From assembly GCF_009914755.1 (NCBI RefSeq), contig NC_060929.1: 64,000 nt of DNA. One strand, 5' to 3'. A model generated the notes under the pieces. It was not told where the DNA came from and ran no database searches. It was given only the letters and a program-made list of their open reading frames with translations. Position numbers and translations under genes: made by a program. Below are positions 27,816 through 41,829 of this stretch, in pieces (the stretch's first letter is position 1; every line of letters starts with the position of its first letter). This DNA comes from the human T2T-CHM13v2.0 reference genome, Homo sapiens.

Positions 27816-30800
27816 CTAGACAAAGAGAAATTTCTTTCAAAGTTAGTGAAAGCTTAAAGTGAACATTTTTAATTTTTTAAAAAGTATACACAACTTCACA
27901 TACAACTTAGGCTGCAAACATATGACGGAATATGGACATATATCTATGTATGTATATGTATACATATAGGTAATGTCTATCACACCTCCTGGACCCACAA
28001 AAGAGAAGAAATTAAAGTGTATGCGTCTGAACAGAAAATACAGACCATTAGGCTCCAGAAGTTAGTCTTTGCTTAAAAGAGTCTCAGTTACAAATTTGTC
28101 AAATGGTTTGTCAGTACAGCAGCTTGAACTTTCACAAATTGCAGTTCAACTATGCAATGATAGCACATTCCTTAAACACAGATTTTCTAAATTAATGGGA
28201 AATTTATCATATCAAAGACAAAAATCTGTAATAACATCTGCTTGGTCAATTGAAGAGCTTTTTAAATATAGATACAAATGCTATTTGTAACAGTTGTAAA
28301 TTATTCTTGTTAGCTTCCTAGGATCGTGATACAACTGCAATTGCTGAAATAATTTACTTAAAGACAGATAATTAATTCCAATATGGAAACTTCAAAACTG
28401 AAATATTAATTAATAACTAGAAATACTCAATTTAATTAGAATCAAAGTCATTCACCAAGAATAAGGTCATATAGCAATATGAAATGCCTCCACATTAGTC
28501 TGTTATTTTAGAATTAATTTAAAAGACAATTTTTCTATCAACATAAAACAGTTCAAAAGAACAAGGATCAAGAAAAACTAAACTCAACATTGTTGTGGTG
28601 AAAGAATTAGCTTTCTGGTGACACGCACGCACACAAACATACACACCTTTAAGTTGTGAGTACTCAGCTTAACAGATACAGTGTCCAAAACAAACGTTTG
28701 CTTCCATGAACTGACTTATACAAGGATAGTAGTATTGATTTTTGTTTCCTAAACTAATCACTGAAATCTGGAAATCTGTGAGGTTAAGTAGCCCTTCTTA
28801 TGCTGTTCTACTACTATATGCCTTCACTAGGCTCCTCCTACAGTGCAAGAATACCAGGGCTTACAGAAGACATTTTACTTATTGTGCAATGCTCACAAAT
28901 AGCTGAAAAAGGCAAGGACATGGTGGATAAAAGCTATCTTCTTTGATAAACAGAAAAATCAAACAAAAATTCCAAGGAAAGGTCAGAAAATATGTCGGCA
29001 TCCAAGTTGAACTACTGGGTAGAGAGGCATCTGGGGATGAGTGAGGAGACAGGGAAAGTGGGGCCGAAGACCCCTTGCCACTGCACTCTATGTCCTCCCC
29101 TTGAAAACTCTGTATGCTCCAGTATTTTCTATTCGAGGTGGAGGTGGGGAATGCAGAGCAGCTAAGCACTACTGCTACCTCTTCAACTGGTTGGAACTTT
29201 CAGCCATTAGGGCTCATTCACATCTTTCCATATTCAGTTTTAGCCTTCAAAGAAGTTCTTGACTTTAAAAATGTGTTTATACATTAATCCAGTATCCTGA
29301 GGATAGACATGAAGATTTATTATTCATGAAAACACTAATCACAAAATTTATTATAATAATGAATTGAAAACAACTTTAATGTCAGCAATAGGGAAATGGT
29401 CAAATAAACATGGTGTAGCCATGTGATTAATCAATATTATGCACTCATAATATTTAATGATCTCATAATTTCATGTTTCATAAAATGCAAGATTTTGTAT
29501 AAGTAAATAAAAATTTATAGAAATGCACTTTGGGATAGACAATTATTTATATACCTACAGAAAATAAAAGGAAACACACGGAAATGCTAAGAATTGTTAT
29601 CTCTGGGTAATAGTACAAGTGGTTTTTGTTTTCCTTTTACTTTTATAATCAAAACTGAAACCCACAATGTTATTTTTTCAGAAGATGTGATAAACACTAA
29701 GTTTCTAAAACTAGAAAATCATAAGTGGAGCATGTGATAAATCTCACAATTAGTTTGACATGTACCAAAGAGGGCATGTTAAAAAGAAAATAGAGAGTCT
29801 AAGAAAAACTGAAGTTTCTAAACCCTAAAAGCAGTCACATTATGAACTAAACTAAGCAAACCCTTCTTGCCTGCACATTTGAAAATAATAATGTGAATTA
29901 TTTTTCATGCCTAATATTGCTCCAAAAGGTCAGGCCCTCAAATCTCTTGCTATGATTGTGACAGCAGCTTCCTTTGGTCTTCCTGCCTTACCCTCTAGCA
30001 GGGGCAAAGAACATAATAAAAAAGGAAGAAAAAAAAGTATTGCTCACTTAAACTGAAAATGCTGATGGAAACCCGCCACTATTTTCTTTTGGTTCCATCA
30101 AAGAATGTTTCAACAGAAAACACCAAATCAAGACAAAGCTTCATTACCAAGGACAATTATATCATAACTCTCAGAACTAACAGAATGAATATGTCCTGGT
30201 AAAACAACTCCGATAAGCAAGAATCTAGCTAAACATAAACAATTCCATGTTTTGTCATCCTAATATAAATGGCTTTCAGACTGTAGAAAATGCATGTGCA
30301 GCATTTGTCAAAATAACAACACTCAACAGTATTGAAAACGTCTATACAAAAATCAAAGCTTTCTCAGAGTTGGTTAGCAGAGTTAATAGCTAAGAAAGAA
30401 AATATTTGAAGTACAAACCAAAAGAAGAAAACATGTTTTCAGACAATCTATGAAAAGAGTTTAAAAAAAAAAATGAAGAGGCAGAACTATCTTAATGCTA
30501 GCTATTGAAGGGACTGACTTCAGTGCCAGTTTCGTGTGATCTTGAGAACAATAAGGAAGGAGCAATGGGAGGATTAAAAAGTCTAGTGAGATCAGGCGAT
30601 TTAAACATAAGCGTTAATGGAAAACCTGATGAGAAAATGATGACTAAAATGAGCTGGTTAGGACAAACATAAAAATAAAAGATCCCTTACTAAAGATGGC
30701 AGAGTTTTCCTCCTGAAGTTAGAAATGGGTAATAAAGAATAAAGGACAAAGGAAAAGCCTCAGGGCAAAGCAATGGGCAGATGTAAGTATCCTCAGGCAA

Positions 30801-31589
30801 GATCAAGATGGAAGAGAGGTAGCTAAGAACAACCCGGACTTCTCCATGGCACTATGAATAGTTCTCATGCCCCACCACTTGCTACAACCAGAAATCCAGA
30901 CGTTTGAGGCTTCTCTAATTGGTACTTGTCTTTAGTCATTAACAGAAAAATAGACACTAGGAAATGTTGTTATTGATCTGAACTTTGTTTTAAAAGATTG
31001 CTTTCTCTGCACTGCACTCTTCCTACTTTATAACTGAAAACTTATTTTAAAGCTTAGAGAAGGATAAGAATTCATCCCTTGGTGACAATGTGTTTGTGAT
31101 TGCTTGGCAAACATTATATCTCAGGTAAGAGAAAAGAGGAGCTGCAAGGCAATAACGTCCTCATTTTTTATTTTATTTTAGTGACAACCTCAATCTGTTA
31201 TAGACACAAAAATGGACCCAACCCTAAATGGTGTTAGCGAAAAATTATACACACCTGCAAAACTCTGTGTACGATACAAAGTAAGGGCTGTTGAGGGGGA
31301 GGAAGAGGGAGACTCACATTCCAGGCTTTCTTCCTGACTCATTTTAAGTTTCAAAAAAGTTTAGGAGGAAACTTCTTTTGCCAAAAAGAAAAGAAAAAAA
31401 ACAGACAACAAGCAATAATGTCTAGAATCATGAGAAACATTAACTCCAAAAGAGAGGGAAAAAAAAAAAAAGCAGCTGTGGAAGTCTAGAAAAATAAAAG
31501 GGGGAGACAATAAGCAATAAGAGAAGTTACAAGTTAAATGCAGAGGTGCTCTGGATGTTAAAATGAAGTAAAATGAGTAAAATGAAGAG

Positions 31590-31830
31590 GAAATGTGAGT
31601 AAGACCTCACGTTCAATAGATAAATAGGATAACTATAGTTAAAAATCTATTGTACCTCTCAAAGTTGCTAGAAGAGAATAATTTGAATGTGCTTAGCATA
31701 AAGAATAGATAAATATGGTAATGAATATCCCAATTACCCTGATTTTACCTTTATGTTATACGAATATGTCAAATTATCACAGGTACCCTGAAAACATACA
31801 GGTCTATCATGTATCAAAAAAGAAATAATT
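31590..31830 (+). mobile_element. L1MA-type 3' end
   Basis: gctagaagagaataatttgaatgt ... cccaattaccctgatttt. Confidence 0.75.
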
Positions 31831-31899
31831 TTTTAAACAAGAGGCAATGTAGAGAAAGAGGAGGTCAGCATGTAAGGCATCTTTCTCAAAGATTCAAAT

Positions 31900-34700
31900 G
31901 AAGAGAAAAAATCCAAAGGAGCAAGAAAGTGAATATATTCTTAGGCTTCATGCTAAGGAATGATAGGACCAGTACAAAAACACAGAAAAAAATGGTATGA
32001 AAGCTAAAAGGGCCAGAGACAGATACATATGGTCTTAGATGTCTATAAGGAAATGCACAAAGACTGAAAAGTTGAGGGGCTACCAATGAATTTGCAACCT
32101 TTAAAATGGTGGTACATATGGTTGCATAGTCATTGAAACCGAGTAGATGGGAGCTCATGCCAACAGACATTCCACAATGTCCAATGAAAATAAACCTAAC
32201 AAAAAAGCATGTTCTGCCAAGAAAATATGCATAACACCTGGGATGCCACAGACCTAGGCATGAAGTGTGGTGAGGAATATTTAAAGTGAGTTTAAAAGGA
32301 GAAAGAATATCACACTTATGGTCATATAATGCCCAAAGATATAGATGTTATATTTGTAACAGAAGTGACAAAAATTGGCTCAAATAAGAGATGCCAATTA
32401 TTTGAACATCTTCTATTCATCACAGTCTGCTGATAACTCTGTATTGCCTTCTGGTCATTTCTATCTTGCAGAATAAAAACACTGAGAGAAACCAAGATTC
32501 AGGACCTCTAACGAATAAGAATAAATTGCTTGGTAAAGTAGAAATGACAGAAATTTTGAGGAAAAAAATGACAACGTAAAATTGGAATTGGAAATAGACC
32601 AGGAAGTGAATCTTAAACGTACACAGAAATATATCCTGGTCTTTGAAGAAAAAAATTCAGTAAGTTCAGAGAAAAGAGAAGCAGGATCAAGAGGTCAGAA
32701 ACTCAAAATCACAAATGGGCTTATGAAAGATGAGGATTGCAAAACTTCCATTCTGACAATATGAAAAAGGGTTATATTGATGAGGAAGAGAATTGCATAT
32801 AAAGAAATGAATGTAACAACATGGATAGCTTTGTGTTTCTTCGTATTTTATCAGGGCTCCCACAAAAGAGACACGTATGACCTAGGACAAATGGAAGTCA
32901 AGAGACCTTAAGAGGTCTATCAAAAGATACAAAATCAGAATGAGATGAGGACTCCTCAAAATGCTCAAGATAAGGAAAGGGTGGCTCCTGGGGTGATTTT
33001 GTTTTTGCTGCCACTGCTGGAGAACTTGAAAATGATAATCACTACTGCTTGGGCAGAAGACAGGAAAAAACAGAGCAGTTCAATTTTATTTTTTTTCCTG
33101 ACTTCACCAGGGAGAAAGAAAGTAGAACTAGTATGATTATGAAGAAATTCAATTCCAAGAAGAGCTACCCAGATTCTCTGTACTAATACTAGGCTGTAGA
33201 CCCACAACATCTATATCCCAGGACCCTTAAAGAGCCTGAAGATACGATCACAGAATTACAGTCAAGCGAAAAATGGTAGAAGTGTCAACTGAGAGGCAAA
33301 TATACTCCTTTCCAAAAGGGGGGCTCAATCTACAACAGTATTCTAAAATGGATTATTATATACATGGTCTAGATGGCCATAAAGAGAGAAAAGAATTGGA
33401 CAGCAGTCTAAGTCTTCCACCCAATTAAATCATGTCATATGATCTTCATTAATTTGTGATCAGGCTAGAACATAAGTGGGCCAGGAAAAAAGCACAGTGT
33501 GTAGTTTCACAGAGCCTCTGACCAAGCCCTTCACATAAGAGTCTTATAGACATAGCAGGAAAATGTGACTTGAGCTCATTCACTTAAAATCAACAAATAC
33601 AAACTAAGCACCTACTAGATTTGGCAAGGAAGAAAACAGAAAAGGTGTATGCTCTGGTGTACAGATAGGTAGACAAATACTTGAAGAACCATAAGTATAT
33701 GGTGGCTTGATAAAGCCTTAGGGGGAAGTCTTCAGTGCTGTGGTTTTTATCTTTTGAGGGCAAATGTACTACTTTAAGAATCTCATGGGTCAATTCACAT
33801 ACACAAAGGTTTCTTTAGGTATAAAATCCTTTGAAAGATTCCATGGAATTATTCCACAGACATCTGTCCACTCCCATCCCCTAGCTCCAGCCTAGACCCC
33901 TGCTCTAATGGTTTGATGTCTTTGTCCTACGCTGTTCAGTCAACATATTTACAAGGCTTTAAATGAAGATAAGGAAGTCAGCATTATAGTTAAGGGGCAA
34001 GGGTTTGGGTGCATCCCTTTCTCTAACAGAGAAGACAGTCTGACGCTCATGCCTCCAAGTATTTACTAAAAGAGGTGACAAAAACCATATTCAGGGAGTT
34101 GAACCACTCTTTTAAATGCCCCAAGAATGGTATGCCCCTAGAACAAACCAATTACCTTTATGCCACAGTCATAAAGAGTCAGTTTTTCTTTCTTGCAATC
34201 AAGTGAGTTATTTCTTACCATTAAAACATAGTGCCTGACATAAAACTGTCTGGTTGTAGTAGCAAGAATAGTTGTATTTCATCTGATCATTAGCTTTCTT
34301 TTATATGTACTATTAACTATATAAATACTTTGATTTTTATTTGGCATCCCAGGCCTCACTCATGTTTGTCATTATAGTATCAATTTTTAGTCCAATCCTA
34401 GGGTCACTGTACAGTTCTACCATTCCTTTTCATTCTTATAGCTCTGTTCCTAATTGATGCTATCATGTATATTTATGTCTTATAAGCTATTTTAAATCAT
34501 CTTTGGGAAAAAAAAAACAGGTAAAAACTAAACAGCACATTTATCAAATTGGAAACTGATCCAAGGCCAGAAAGAATAGCTAATTCAATGAAGACAGAAA
34601 ATGATCTCTACTGGTTAGGGAAATAAAATGGGTCAGTGTCAACTGAATGAACTTCAGCAGGGATCAAAGTTCATATCATAAAATACCTGGCCTAATAGTT
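31900..34700 (+). mobile_element. Fragmented ancient CR1/L3 LINE (with intervening insertions)
   Basis: From 33214 translates YPRTLKEPEDTITELQS, resembling CR1 ORF2 HPRVLKELADVIAEPLS, followed by a decayed ANI..FQKG motif; outer edges uncertain. Confidence 0.55.
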
Positions 34701-34776
34701 TTTTGAAATGCAAATAGAAAGGTTTAGCTAACCACCAGCACAAAGACTATTAAACATGACAGAAATATTCCAAACA

Positions 34777-35278
34777 CCATGCTGCTATAGACACGTGCAC
34801 ATGTATGTTTATTGCGGCTCTATTCACAATAGCAAAGACTTAGAACCAACCCAAATGTCCAATAATGATAGACTGGATTAAGAAAATGTAGCACATATAC
34901 ACCATGGAATACTATGCAGCCATAAAAAAGGATGAGTTCATGTCCTTTGTAGGGACATGGATGAAATTGGAAATCATCATTCTCAATAAACTATCGCAAG
35001 AACAAAAAACCAAACACCGCATATTCTCACTCATAGGTGGGAATTGAACAATGAGAACACATGGACACAGGAAGGGGAACATCACACTCTGGGGACTGTT
35101 GTGGGGTGGGGGGAGGGGGGAGGGATAGCATTGGGAGATATACCTAATGCTAGATGACGAGTTAGTGGGTGCAGCGCACCAGCATGTCACATGTATACAT
35201 ATGTAACTAACCTGCACATTGTGCACATGTACCCTAAAACTTAAAGTATAATAATAAAAATAAATAAATAAATAAAAA
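34777..35278 (+). mobile_element. Young L1PA (L1PA2/3-like) 5'-truncated 3' end
   Basis: Near-consensus 3'UTR with G-tract and tagatgacgagttagtgggtgcagcgcacc; (TAAA)n tail. Confidence 0.93.
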
Positions 35279-35712
35279 GAGTCTTCCTTTCTCTGTTTGC
35301 TGTCCAGCCTCAAAGTTGGTGATAGCACCTTCAACCTAATGTATCTCATTACAAAACAAAAACAGTCCTTCCTCTCTACAATGTCTCATTGTAAAACGCA
35401 GGATGTGAAAAATGGATAAAACACTCTGAACTCTAGAGGAAAAGCTTTATCTGAAATAACTCAATTTGTTAAAATTGACTAGCAGCAAAATTAATAGCTT
35501 ATATATTAAATCTTTATATTATACAACATCTGACCCATAATGATCTGAAAAAAGTAGAACTGTTACTTCATATACCATCCCAATTGTTTTTGTAATGTGG
35601 AAGAATTGTTTTAAAAAAATAAAAAATAAAAGCAGTCTAAGACAAGTATTTTCATTTCCACTGACTCAAACCAAGCTAAAATAGCAAAATACCAGCATTG
35701 ATTAGACTAACA

Positions 35713-35854
35713 CTTTATTTTTATTTTATTTTACTTTTTGAGATGAGATCTCATTATGTTGCCCAGGCTTGTCTCAAATTCCTGGGCTCAAGAGATTCTC
35801 CAGCCTCAGCCTCCTGAGCAGCTGGGATTACAGGCATGCACCACTATGCCCAGC
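35713..35854 (-). mobile_element. Alu monomer (FLAM-like)
   Basis: Single Alu arm; ctaaca repeated at both flanks. Confidence 0.85.
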
Positions 35855-36271
35855 TGCTAACATTTTTTGTTTGCCCAGAAATGCCAATCTTCTCTTTATG
35901 TGTGACTTAATAACATTCAGGCAATATTCTAAATATCTATATTTCATTTGTCATATCTCTTTTAAAAAAGAAATTTTATTAGGACTGTGGCAAATCCAGA
36001 GAAATAATTAAAATGAATACATCTACCCAAAGGAATTAAAATACATCTAACATGTTCATTCAAAGCACCAGTCTTATCTATAATAGTTTTTAAAAATTAC
36101 ACCATTATCATATACCCCAAGGAAAACAGGGAGACATAATATAATTAATAGAATTAAACAAGGAACATTTTTCAGTGAAGAGAGTCATAGAGAAACAGGA
36201 AGAGAAAAAGTTCGTGTTGGGTTTTTACAGCTACAGAAAGGCTGCCTATTGGTAATGCCAACTAAAATTTA

Positions 36272-36317
36272 AAATGTTACTCTAAGACTATTTCCAAATG
36301 TTACTCTAAGACTATTT
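36272..36317. repeat. 22-bp direct repeat, 24-bp period
   Basis: aaatgttactctaagactattt-cc-aaatgttactctaagactattt. Confidence 0.9.
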
Positions 36318-36929
36318 GAGGCTGTTAATCATCCCTGAAGCACTTCATAGTGCAGGAACACAATACTTAACACATAAAATGCAAAATGGGATTGGGTTAA
36401 ACCCTAGCATTTCCAGAACACAGTTAATGGCTGCTAAATCTAACAGATTTGATTTGAATTCAGCATGAGGATGACTCAACAGTCCCTAAATTTAAAATTG
36501 TTTAGCACGTGCATTAGAAGAGCTTTACTTTATTCATTTCATCTTTTAAATGTTCTCCACGTTTTCATTTCTCTAGAGCAGTAAGCAGAGTAGAATCCTA
36601 CATATTTCATTAAGAAAATTAAGATGCCATGTTTGTTTTCCCTGATTTATATGAGGTAGATATAAAATGGAAAAATAAACTTTAAAACAAAATATTTCTT
36701 CCTCTCTGTGGTTCAGTTTTCAAAACTAGATCTTTAAGTCCTAAAGAAATTCAAACATGTTTATCACATTTCAACTATGACTTTAGCATGATGATCAAAT
36801 GGCTCTTAGTACAAGTAGGGAGATGCACAATCAGTTTTACTGCTGGCAACACTTGGTTCCAGGCTTTTCTAACTCACTGAATTTCAGCATCTAGTCATCA
36901 TGGGAAAGCAAGGCAAGTCTTAATTCTGG

Positions 36930-37355
36930 TGTTAAGTTAAATAATTCAAACTTAAAGCTTGTGGAATTTTAAATCATTCTGACCCTTGAGAGGAGTGTGG
37001 CTATGCAGCCGGGGTCACTTGGCATGCCGCTGCAACTTCTGCCTTTTTTTCCTATAAATAATTAGAAAGACCAAACAGCACTAGAGATAAGACCCCCTTA
37101 AGATCACTATCTCTCCTTATGAAGTAATAAACTAATCTTCCTTGAGTCATATCACTACAACATATGATCTGGTCTCATATGAAAAATGTTGTAGTACTGC
37201 TGGAATTTCTGTTCCTCTATGAGTGAAAACTTAACTTTTCAATGTTGGAATGCTAACCCCATTTGTTTAGAGTGTCTCCTCCGTGGCTACCCTCAGACTG
37301 TACTCAAACTCTATACTTAATCATATCTTCTGAATCTCATTATTTATAGTTGACA
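36930..37355 (+). mobile_element. Solo LTR (LTR47-like; subfamily uncertain)
   Basis: TGT...TGACA termini, ~425 bp, end aaactctatacttaatcat..tctgaatctcattattta. Confidence 0.6.
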
Positions 37356-39670
37356 ATAGCCATCATTCGGACAATGACTGAAATCTACCATGAGTAAAGC
37401 TGATCGAGGTCCCAAATCCAAAATATCTTCCTGGCATATAAACTCATTCCCAAAACTCAACACCATATTTGAAAACTTAAGTATGATGATTAAAAGAAGA
37501 GTAGGAATGGTTGATAAAGAACAGCAATTTATTGATGTCAATATTTAGTAAGGGACATTTTAGTCCATATGATTCTAATGCCATGTATTTCACTGAGCCT
37601 TCCTATAGTTAAAAAAAAAGACAGTATGATATAAAGAAAGTACTGGATTTGAAGTCAGAAGACATCGATTTGTGGTTTCAGCCCTAACATCATCTAATAC
37701 TATGTTCTTACATGAATCACCTAAAGTCATTTCACCTTTAAAATGAAAAAGTTGAACTGTAAATGAAGCCTAATATTCTTCCCAGCACTTGCATGACCGT
37801 TAAGTCTATACTAGTTCCTAGACATTCTATTACAAGACCATAAAGTTTGCACATTATTGTGTAGTATCTTTCTAATTATTCTGGATATTGAACACTCTAG
37901 ATTAATGTCATCTTACTGGACATATCTGTTAAATGCAAAACATGATTTTAGTTCCATGCCACGCAGCATATCTTCAATACCCCTCTGTACTTGTGTACTT
38001 GCTATATCCATCCTTTCCTGACCAAACAGGCTGTTGAATTTACAAGGCCAGTTTATTTGCCAATTCATTACTTTATAACCCTTTGTATAACTAGGTAACT
38101 ACCATATGGCTTATTCTGCTTTTGCAGAGTAATAAAAGCTTACTGAATGAGACACACTATACCAGGCAGTATTAAAAGGCACACCTTGAGATAAAATGAT
38201 CCCAGAGAAGTCAGAGGAAACTAGGCACAGTAATAAGGAAGGCAGTTACAGAACAGCTGGTGGCACATTATCAAGTCTCTCAATGCAGGACTGACAATGG
38301 CCTCAAATATAAAGCCATCAGGAAGAACCACTGAACATAAGGCATTTTTGCTTTCTTAGACCATGGCAGGATAATGTCAATCAAGTAAAATCCATAGAAC
38401 ATTTCTAAGCCTGCAAAGTGTTGTGTATGTTTTGAACCTGCTGACTCAGTGACTCAAATATCATTTAATGAGCAGCTATTATGTCCCAAGCATTGTGTTA
38501 CATGCTGGGACTACAGAGATGAGTAAGACAAGGTCCTACAAAGTGCTCACAGTTTCATGGAGAAGACAGGTAACCAGAGTATCACAATAAAACATGAAAA
38601 TAAGTGCAATAATAGAGGGAACATTCCACTAACCAGGCAGAAAATTAGCCACAAAAAGAGGGAGAACATTCTAGGCAGTAGGAATGTCAAGGGCAAAGGG
38701 TAGGGAAGGATGTGATCTCATGAGAGAATGTGAGGATGTGTTACTTGTCAAAGGACCTAGGGTACACAGGAAATAAAAGCATTGCATCAGAAGTTCAAAA
38801 TTTTTATTCTGTGGAATGAGGAACCTAATTTTGGAAAAGCTATCAGAAATGGTAATAGCTAACTGAACAAAAAAGGAAATATGGCGTCCTTCACACTTCA
38901 AAAAATTCACAAGAGAGTTCACTTTAGCTAATGATGCTGGGACAGTCTCTTCTGATTATTGTGGCTTCTCACAAGAAAAAAATTTAACATATTGGCAATT
39001 ACCTTTTCTCGCTTTTATTAATTTTTGGTTGTGTACCTGGATTTTCAAGGGGCCTAGTAAAAGGCCAGATATTTGCATATGTTCTAATATTAGGAGGCTG
39101 CCATATGCTGCATGCTCATACTACACTAATACATGGAAAAACGTGTTTATAAGACAAAAATTAACAAAAGGGGTCAATGAATCATATTTATCACTTTTTC
39201 CCACATTTCTTACTTAAATCATTTATATAAGCCATGACTTTAAGATGCCTTCTTTTAGCTTTGTCCTTGAACCAGAAAGATTTGAAAAGTGACTCGTTTA
39301 AAAAAAAAAAAAGAAAAAGAAAAAAAGCAACTAATTTTTCAAATGAAGCAATCTTGCATAAGCCCTAATTATCACTTCAGTATTTGTAGACTAGATCTAT
39401 ATTTGAAGTTGGAAAAAATACCATTTTTTGACAAGGTCTCTGGAAGGAGTAAGGAAAACCACTATTATTCTTAATCAGAGTGACTTTAAAATCATAAGTT
39501 ATATTCTTAACACAAACATGAAATAAATCGATAAGTAGGTCAAAAGTTGTTAAACCAAAAGAGAGCAAAATTAGGAAAAGGAATCCATGTCATTCTTTGT
39601 ATTAAGATAATTTTTTTTTAGGAGAACATCCCCTCAGTTTGTATCAGTGACAGTGTACCTTATTTAATAA

Positions 39671-40125
<455 letters not shown>

Positions 40126-41829
40126 TAGAGAGCTATCTCAAAACAATGAATCAACAGCACTTGACTCACACCTTATTTTATGAAGGGGCTCTGTGGGTAT
40201 AGCTGCTGGCCATGGTTACCTTCTCTCTGGGAATCTTACCCACATTTACTTCCGTAACTGGTTACTGCTCTGGGTTCAAAATGTTCTTCTTTTTCTAGTC
40301 TACTAACTACAGGCAATCAAGTTCTTATCCTGGGTCAAGCAGCCAGGAGGATTCTCCAGGAAGCTGGGTTCTAATCTAGAGTGCCTGGCTCCAGAGCACA
40401 CATTTTAACCATACCCTGTACCTTTTCTTCCCTCACACAACTCCTCAACTAAGTGGGAGGTTTAAGAACACCTGGGAATAAAATAATAGTGACATTCCCA
40501 TTAAAATAAGACACAAAATCACAAAAGAAATAGAGTCAATAAATATATGAAAAATATTCAATGTCTCTTGTCAAAGATATTGAGTTAAAACTATAGGGTG
40601 GCATTTTTCACCTAGCAAGTTATCAAGTGTTTAAAGTATAACATCCATGTTGTTGAGAGTAGTTCCAAATGATACTTTTATATATCACTGAGGGGTTATA
40701 ATTGAAATTATCTTTCTAGAGAATGATTTCGCAATACTTTCCAAAACCTTAAAATGTTGATACTCATATAAAGAAAATCTACTTCTAGAAATGTGGTCAA
40801 ATAATCAGACATGCACAAAAATAATAATCACTAAAGCATTAATAGTGAAAGATGGAAAACATGAAAGTCCAACAATAGAATTGTTGATATGTTTTACTAT
40901 AACTTAAAATATCTTTCGTTAGGGATTAGTGAACTGCAAAAACATGCTTAATGTTTTATGTAATGAAATATATATTATAACTAAAATGGTCCCTATTTTA
41001 TAAAAAGAAACATTAGGTATGGACAGTAATTAAAGAAAATCAAGCCAAGACACTTCCATGTTTTCTCTCAAGTCTCTTTGTTCCATGCAGAAAGTGTCTC
41101 CCCATCCCATTATGGCCCATCCTGACCCAAATGTCCCTAGACCTGTCAATCAAGATGGCAAGCGTAAAATGCCTTAAGTCTTCTCCTTCCTTCACAATTG
41201 ACCTTACTTTTCTTGTTTATCTGCATAAACAAGGCCAAGAAGTGGAGAGGGATTGGGTGGGGTTAGTGCCATACACTCGCAGCAAACCACCACCATCAAG
41301 ATCCCACAGCAATTACTATCTTTATCACTAAATTGGGCACTCACTGCTCTATGCACAACTTATTTTCAGGTTAGTCCTACCTCAACTAGATTGTAAGATG
41401 ATCTAAAACAATCACAGTGTCTTATGTAGCAAATCCTTAACATTTGTATACCTAATAGCCATGTTGTTGACTACATCCCCAAGCAACTCTGAAAGTAGCA
41501 ATTTGTAGTTTTGGTAAGCTAGAAACTTCACTCAATATGCAGCTGAAATGGACTTCAAAGCCAATTACCTGTCTCCCACATTTAACCAAAGTATTGTTTT
41601 TATCTACACAGGGACACACATGCAGTCACTTCCTGAAGAAAACATTGCCTCTTTATGAAAGTCAGTACACAGTGCCAATAAAGTGGTTCTTAGATGTTTA
41701 GGAAAAATATGAGAAATGAAATATAAAATTCAACAATGGCTCAGAATCAGAGCATGAACAAGTCTATCACATATTCTACATGGAAACAAAAATAGGCAAT
41801 TTATTAATCTTTCAGGAAGCATTCCAACC

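Noticed and set aside
31112-31132. TCTCAG|GTAAGA recursive-like motif on the + strand
   Set aside because: Antisense to OXCT1 with a weak pyrimidine tract.
34912-35349. Longest supplied ORF (145 aa)
   Set aside because: Antisense reading of the L1PA 3'UTR.
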